Shown piece by piece: positions 58,643-64,000 of a stretch of 64,000 nucleotides of DNA. Position numbers and translations under genes: made by a program. The notes under the pieces were generated by a model. The model did not search any database. It worked only from the letters and a program-made list of their open reading frames with translations, and had not been told where the DNA came from. The first letter of the stretch is position 1. Every line of letters starts with the position of its first letter. Source of the DNA: an uncultured Acidobacteriota bacterium. GTDB taxonomy: Bacteria > Actinomycetota > Acidimicrobiia > Spongiisociales > ZC4RG35. Location of the stretch: NCBI GenBank assembly GCA_963828465.1, contig CAWHEU010000002.1, positions 151,273 to 215,272 on the forward strand. The letters run 5' to 3'.

Positions 58643-59266
58643 ATGAGCCACTGGTCGGAGGCCACCCAGGAGCGGGCCCGGGAGATCATCTCCAGGTATC
58701 CCCAGAAGCGGTCGGCGGTGATGCCTTTGCTCTATCTGGCGATGGCCGAAGAGGGGTATCTGACCAACGAGGGCATGCAGGAAGTCGCCGATTGGGTGGG
58801 CATCACCCCGGCCCAAGTGCAGGCAGTCGCCTCCTTCTACACGATGTACAAGCGCAAGCCCACTGGCAAGTACCTCATTTCCTGCTGTACCTCGATCTCA
58901 TGCATGCTCCTCGGGGGTGACGACGTCCTGCACGCGGTCGAGGACGAGTCTGGAGTTCCCCACGGAGAGACCGGAGCCGACGGGCTCCTCTCGGTCGAGC
59001 ACGTCGAGTGCATCGGGGCCTGCGGGGGAGCACCCGCGGTCCAGGTCAACTACGAGTTGATCGAAGGCGTGACCCCGGACAAAGCCCGGGACCTGGTGAG
59101 ATGGTTGGGGAGCGCCCAGCCAGAGGTGGTCAACACCGACGAGATGCAAGAGCTGTTTGGAGGGGTGCGGAGCTTCGACTGGGCCATCAGGGATGAGAAT
59201 GGAGCGGTGGGGCCCTACCCGGCGTTCCAGCCCTTGGGAACGGTCGGCAGCGAGGGCAACGCTTGA
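58643..59266 (+). CDS. nuoE: NADH-quinone oxidoreductase subunit E
   Basis: VASFYTMY, CTSISC, ECIGAC. Confidence 0.95.
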   Translation: MSHWSEATQERAREIISRYPQKRSAVMPLLYLAMAEEGYLTNEGMQEVADWVGITPAQVQAVASFYTMYKRKPTGKYLISCCTSISCMLLGGDDVLHAVEDESGVPHGETGADGLLSVEHVECIGACGGAPAVQVNYELIEGVTPDKARDLVRWLGSAQPEVVNTDEMQELFGGVRSFDWAIRDENGAVGPYPAFQPLGTVGSEGNA

Positions 59267-60576
59267 CGACACCCCTCGTTGTCACCAAGCGGATGACCGA
59301 GTTCCCTGCCGACTCGCACACCATCGACCGTTACGAGGAGACCGGCGGCTACGAGCAGGCCCGTCGCGCCACTGGCATGACCCGTGACGAGCTGGTCGAG
59401 GAGATCAAGTCGTCTGGATTGCTCGGCCGCGGAGGCGCCGCATTCTCCGCCGGCCTCAAATGGAGCTTTCTCGCCCCGCCCCGCCCGTCCTATCTCGTCA
59501 TCAACGCCGACGAATCCGAGCCCGGCACCTTCAAGGACCGCCAGCTTCTCGAGCGGGACCCGCATCAGATGCTGGAGGGCATCATCATCACGGCCATCGC
59601 CAACGAGGTGCATGACGCCTTCATCTATATCCGAGGCGAGTACCCCAAACCGGCGCGGCGGGTGCAGGCTGCGGTCGACGAGGCGTACGCCAAGGGGCAT
59701 CTGGGCAAGGGCATCCTTGGCTCCGACTACGACCTGGACGTCACGGTGCATTTGGGTGCAGGCGCCTACATCTGTGGCGAAGAGACCGCCCTCATCAACA
59801 GCCTCGAAGGCCTGCGCGGCGAGCCCCGCCTCAAGCCGCCTTATTTCCCCGCTGCCAAGGGTCTCTACATGCAGCCAACGATCGTCAACAACGTGGAGAC
59901 GGTCTCCAACCTGCCCCACATCCTGGCCATGGGGGCGGAGGAGTTCATCGAGCTCGGCCATCCTCTCGACACCGGGACGTTCATGCTCTCGGTCTCGGGC
60001 CATGTCAAGAAGCCGGGCAACTACGAGCTACCCCATGGGATCACCTGGCGTGATCTCATCTACGACGTCGCCGGCGGCATCCCGAACGACCGGGAGCTGA
60101 AGGCGATCATCCCCGGCGGCGCATCCTCGCCGTGGTTCGTCCCCCAGATCCATCTCGATCACCAGATCACAAAGGACGTGTGTGCCGAGGCGGGGTCGAT
60201 GCTCGGGTCGGGTGCGGTGATCGTTATGGACGACACGACCTGCATGGTCCGAGCCGCCGAGCGAATCGTCCGTTTCTTCGCCCACGAGTCCTGCGGGCAA
60301 TGCACCCCTTGCCGTGAAGGCACCACCTGGATGGAGATGATCCTGCGGCGCATCGAGGAGGGCCAGGGGCGGGCGATCGACCTCGACCTCTTGCTCGACG
60401 TCTCCGACAACATCAGCGTCGGTCTGGGCTGGCCCCCGAAGATGACCACGATCTGCCCGCTCGGCCCTTCGGCGGTGTCACCCGTCCTCGCCCTCCGCGA
60501 TTACTTCCGGGAAGAGGTCAACGCCCATGTGGAGCTCGGAGGCTGCCCGCTGAGACCGGTAGAGGTTCACGCATGA
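59263..60576 (+). CDS. nuoF: NADH-quinone oxidoreductase subunit F
   Basis: GRGGAAF, NADESEPGTFKDR, GAGAYICGEE, ESCGQCTPCREG. Confidence 0.97.
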   Translation: MTTPLVVTKRMTEFPADSHTIDRYEETGGYEQARRATGMTRDELVEEIKSSGLLGRGGAAFSAGLKWSFLAPPRPSYLVINADESEPGTFKDRQLLERDPHQMLEGIIITAIANEVHDAFIYIRGEYPKPARRVQAAVDEAYAKGHLGKGILGSDYDLDVTVHLGAGAYICGEETALINSLEGLRGEPRLKPPYFPAAKGLYMQPTIVNNVETVSNLPHILAMGAEEFIELGHPLDTGTFMLSVSGHVKKPGNYELPHGITWRDLIYDVAGGIPNDRELKAIIPGGASSPWFVPQIHLDHQITKDVCAEAGSMLGSGAVIVMDDTTCMVRAAERIVRFFAHESCGQCTPCREGTTWMEMILRRIEEGQGRAIDLDLLLDVSDNISVGLGWPPKMTTICPLGPSAVSPVLALRDYFREEVNAHVELGGCPLRPVEVHA

Positions 60577-63014
60577 CCGAGCAGCCGGCTCCCGATGTCG
60601 TGTCCATCACCATCGACGGGGTGGCCCATCAGGTCCCCGCCGGCTCGTTGTTGATCAAGGCTGCACAGGACAACGGGACCTACATCCCGCGTTTCTGCTG
60701 GCACGAGCGGATGAACCCGGTCGGGATGTGCCGGATGTGCCTGGTCGAGGTGCAAGGGCCGCGTGGCCCGTTGTTGGTGACGGCGTGCACCAACAACGTC
60801 GCCGACGGGATGGTGGTCGACACCAGGAACGACACGGTGAAGAAGGCACAGGAGGGGGTCCTCGAGTTCCTTCTGGCCAATCACCCCCTCGATTGCCCGG
60901 TGTGCGACAAGGGTGGGGAATGCCCACTCCAGGATCAGGCTTTCTCCCATGGCCCGGGCGAGAGCCGCTTCGTCGAGATCAAGCGCAACTACGAGAAGCC
61001 GATCGCCATCTCGGACCTTGTCCTCCTCGACCGTGAGCGGTGCATCCTTTGCGCTCGATGCACCCGCTTCGCCGACGAGATCAGCGGCGATCCGCTCATC
61101 GAGTTCAAGTCGAGGGCCAACGTCACCGAGGTCAACACCTTCCCCGACCTCCCGTTCTCCTCCTACTTCTCCGGGAACACCATCCAGCTCTGCCCCGTGG
61201 GTGCTCTCACTGCCGCCCAATACCGGTTCCGTGCCCGGCCGTGGGACCTCCAGATGGTGGAGAGCTCCGGCCTTCACGACACCGCCCACCCCCGGCTCTC
61301 GGTCCAGGTCAGCCAGAACGAGATCCTTCGCCTGGTTGGCGTGGACAACGACGCGACAAATCACGGCTGGCTGTCCGACAAGGAGCGCTTTGGCTTCCAA
61401 TACCTTGGCTCGGAGGGGCGTCTCACCACGCCGTTGGTGCGGCGTGACGGAGAACTGGTCGAAACGACATGGGCGGATGCTCTCGACCGCGTCGCCGAGA
61501 GGATCGGTCTCATCCGGGACGAAGACGGAGGAGGCGCCTTTGCCGTGATCGGTGGCGCCCATGGGACCAACGAGGACGCATACGCCCTATCCAAGTTCGC
61601 CAGAGTGGTGCTGGGTACGACCAACGTCGATGCCCGGGTCGACGATGCGCTGGCTTCGCATTTCCTGGCAGCCACGGCCGATCGGGCGCTCATCTCGGAT
61701 ATCGACACCGCCGACACCATCGTGATCTGGGGACCGGATCTGAAAGAGGAGCATCCCACCCTCTATCTGCGAGTCCGTCGGGCGGCCCAGGAGCTCGGCG
61801 TCCGCCTCGTCGTCGTGCATCCTCGAGCCACCGGGCTCGACGACCGGGCGGCGATCAAGCTCGCTTACCGGCCCGGTGGCGGCTTCGAGCTCCTCGACGA
61901 GATTGCTGGCGGCAAACACCCCGATGTCCGCCAGGCTCTGAGCGCCGAACGGGTGGTGGCCCTGGTCGGCCAGGCCTCATTTGCGGACGGCCCCAAGCTG
62001 GCCGAGTCGGTGGCGGCCTACGTGCGCAACAAAGCCGGCTCCGCCCGCATCCTCCCTCTCGCCAGGCGGGGCAACATCTTCGGCGCCCTCGACATGGGCC
62101 TCGCCCCCGACCTTCTTCCCGGCCGGGTCGCCGACGAGGATGCCGGACGGGCGGCCCTGGCCACGTCCTGGGGCGACATGCCTGCGGTGAGGGGAAAGGA
62201 CACGAGATCGATGCTCGAGGGCCTCGACTCGGGAGAGATCCGCTTCCTCCTCCTCGTCGGTGCCGATCCGGCCCGTGATGTTCCGGATCCGAGGCAAGCG
62301 ACGCTTGCCCTGGAGTCGGCCGAGTACGTGGTCTCCATCGATCTCTTGCTCAACGACTCCAATCGGGATGCCGACGTGATCTTCCCGGCGGCCGGCTTCG
62401 CCGAGAAGGAGGGCACAGTCACCAATCTCGAGGGTCGGGTGCAAAAGGTGAACTCCATCGCGCCGGTGCCGGGTCAGGCCCGGCCCGAGTGGGAGATCCT
62501 CGACGACCTGGCCGAGCGAGCCGGGCGGCCGATCGGCCTCTCCAACGGCGAATCGATTGCCAAAGAGATCTCCGAGGTCGCCCCCGCCTATGCCGGGATC
62601 AGCTGGGATCTCCTCGAGTGGGAGGCCCGAGACGGGGCGGTGGTCCCGCTGTCGGGTGCTCAGCCGCTCAGCCACATCCCGGTTGCCCTCAAAGGGGACA
62701 AGGCCCCATCGGCCCCGCTGATCCTCCACGTGGCGAGGACGCTCTATGACGATGGGGTGATGATGAGGCACAGCCAATCGCTGCACCCGCTGGCTCCTGG
62801 AGCGGTGGCCCATCTCAACCCCGAGGATGCCAAGAGAGCTGGGGCCCAGGAGGGTCATCTGGTCAAGGTGGTCACCAAACACGGGGAGGGCGAGTTCTCC
62901 GCCGTCGTCGACGAAGGGACGCCACCCGGTGTCGTCTACGTCCCCTTCAATCAGCCGGGGGCGGGTTCCCTCGGCACCGAGGCCGTGGTCCGGGTGACGG
63001 CGGTCGGCAAATGA
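60573..63014 (+). CDS. nuoG: NADH-quinone oxidoreductase subunit G
   Basis: [42 protein letters not shown]. Confidence 0.95.
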   Translation: MTEQPAPDVVSITIDGVAHQVPAGSLLIKAAQDNGTYIPRFCWHERMNPVGMCRMCLVEVQGPRGPLLVTACTNNVADGMVVDTRNDTVKKAQEGVLEFLLANHPLDCPVCDKGGECPLQDQAFSHGPGESRFVEIKRNYEKPIAISDLVLLDRERCILCARCTRFADEISGDPLIEFKSRANVTEVNTFPDLPFSSYFSGNTIQLCPVGALTAAQYRFRARPWDLQMVESSGLHDTAHPRLSVQVSQNEILRLVGVDNDATNHGWLSDKERFGFQYLGSEGRLTTPLVRRDGELVETTWADALDRVAERIGLIRDEDGGGAFAVIGGAHGTNEDAYALSKFARVVLGTTNVDARVDDALASHFLAATADRALISDIDTADTIVIWGPDLKEEHPTLYLRVRRAAQELGVRLVVVHPRATGLDDRAAIKLAYRPGGGFELLDEIAGGKHPDVRQALSAERVVALVGQASFADGPKLAESVAAYVRNKAGSARILPLARRGNIFGALDMGLAPDLLPGRVADEDAGRAALATSWGDMPAVRGKDTRSMLEGLDSGEIRFLLLVGADPARDVPDPRQATLALESAEYVVSIDLLLNDSNRDADVIFPAAGFAEKEGTVTNLEGRVQKVNSIAPVPGQARPEWEILDDLAERAGRPIGLSNGESIAKEISEVAPAYAGISWDLLEWEARDGAVVPLSGAQPLSHIPVALKGDKAPSAPLILHVARTLYDDGVMMRHSQSLHPLAPGAVAHLNPEDAKRAGAQEGHLVKVVTKHGEGEFSAVVDEGTPPGVVYVPFNQPGAGSLGTEAVVRVTAVGK

Positions 63015-64000
63015 CCTGGCCCGAGTTCTGGATCGTCGTCCTCCGGGTGATCCTCACCTTCGGCCTGTTGTTGGTGGCCACATTGATCAACGTGTGGGCA
63101 GAGCGAAAGATCCTCGCCGACATGCAGAACCGGATCGGCCCCAAGCGGGCCGGCCCCTGGGGCATCCTGCAGACGGTCGCAGACGGGCTGAAGCTGTTCT
63201 TCAAAGAGGCGATCACTCCACGCAAGGTGGAGCTGGGGATGTACTTGTTGGCGCCGTTCCTGGCCGTGGTCCCCGCCTTCCTCATATTCATGATGGTCCC
63301 CTGGGGCAAGCCGTTCACCATCGCGGGCAACGAGGTGACCCTGCAGGGCGCCGATCTGAACATCGGGCTGCTCTTCATCCTCGCCATGTCTTCGCTGGCT
63401 GTGTATTCGGTGGTGCTGGCGGGATGGGCGTCCGGGTCCAAGTACCCGTTGCTCGGTGGCGTGCGCGCCACGGCCCAGGCGATCTCCTACGAGGCGGCTA
63501 TGGGGCTGGCCATGGTGGCCGTGGTCATGTTCACGGCCACCCAAGGAGACGGTGGCACCTTGTCGTTGGCGGAGATCGTCGAACGCCAGGCCGGGACCTG
63601 GGGCGACATCATCCCGGCCCTCGAGCCGGTGTTGCAGTTCATCCCTCGCTGGAACGTGTTCCCCAGATCGTGGCATTCATCATCTTCTTCATCGCCATCG
63701 TCGCCGAGACCAATCGCGCCCCATTCGACCTCGTCGAGGCAGAGCAGGAGATCGTCGGCTTCCACACCGAGTATTCGGGGATGAGGTTCGCCATGTTCTT
63801 CCTCGCCGAATACGTGAACATCTTCTCGATGTGCGCCATCGCCGCTTCCTTGTTCCTGGGCGGCTGGAACGGGCCCACGTTCGAGGGCTCGGTCCCCGCG
63901 ATCGTCTCCGGGATCCTGCCCACCGTGTGGTTCCTGGCCAAGACCTACTTCCTGATCTTCCTGTTCTTCTGGATCAGGGCCACCCTGCCCCGGCTCCGCT
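63011..64000 (+). CDS. nuoH: NADH-quinone oxidoreductase subunit H (frameshift near 63661; runs off the window)
   Basis: [28 protein letters not shown], then [31 protein letters not shown] in the shifted frame. Confidence 0.93.

Noticed and set aside
61255-61300. NuoG lacking the N7 cluster cysteines (GLHDTAHP)
   Set aside because: N7 is absent from many complex I enzymes, so this is not unusual
2110-63665. Many frameshifted genes (near 2120, 5205, 11030, 11210, 17898, 23335, 24245, 47668, 49043, 54390-54520, 63661) as pseudogenes or programmed frameshifts
   Set aside because: They are scattered single-base shifts, often at short homopolymers, and hit core genes (nuoH, Rieske) whose halves are otherwise intact; long-read indel error is the simplest explanation. 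Read mapping would settle it.
127-63941. Numerous long antisense or alternate-frame ORFs in the track (e.g. 34673..35911, 38105..39196, 60567..61562)
   Set aside because: Shadow ORFs expected at high GC; Arg/Pro-rich with no motifs, and overlapping well-supported genes

Overview
High-GC (roughly two-thirds G+C by eye) bacterial chromosome segment, most likely Actinomycetota class Acidimicrobiia (inferred from the rsiG/amfC-asparaginase synteny, GG-reductase/nuo block, LLM and ECF41 genes, leaderless promoters and split b6-type Rieske/cyt b operon). About 55 tightly packed CDS; no rRNA, tRNA, CRISPR array or transposase was seen. About a dozen genes, including nuoH and the Rieske gene, carry single-base frameshifts, best explained as long-read indel errors. 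Left part: assorted metabolism genes, an ECF41 sigma with back-to-back ECF41 promoters, nrdJ with tandem NrdR boxes, an N-formylglutamate amidohydrolase / DUF1704 (MATCAP-like) peptidase / GshB-like ATP-grasp operon, and a DUF4062-cyclase-STAND protein. Middle: a MoaD ubiquitin-like domain fused to a membrane domain, an RsiG homolog, two candidate ncRNAs, Clp1 and a DUF62 protein. Right part: a 24-kb respiratory region. Its most striking feature is a cbb3-oxidase subunit I homolog that has lost all six heme/CuB histidines. It is co-transcribed with a CcoO-like cytochrome and a cytochrome c, and lies divergent from a ferredoxin-containing b6f-type bc operon. Three proteins from the two operons share an unannotated ~30-aa N-terminal module on long Pro/Ala/Glu linkers, suggesting an undescribed respiratory supercomplex. 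rex, a GG reductase and nuoA-H follow. All homology calls were made by eye from motifs; no database searches were run.
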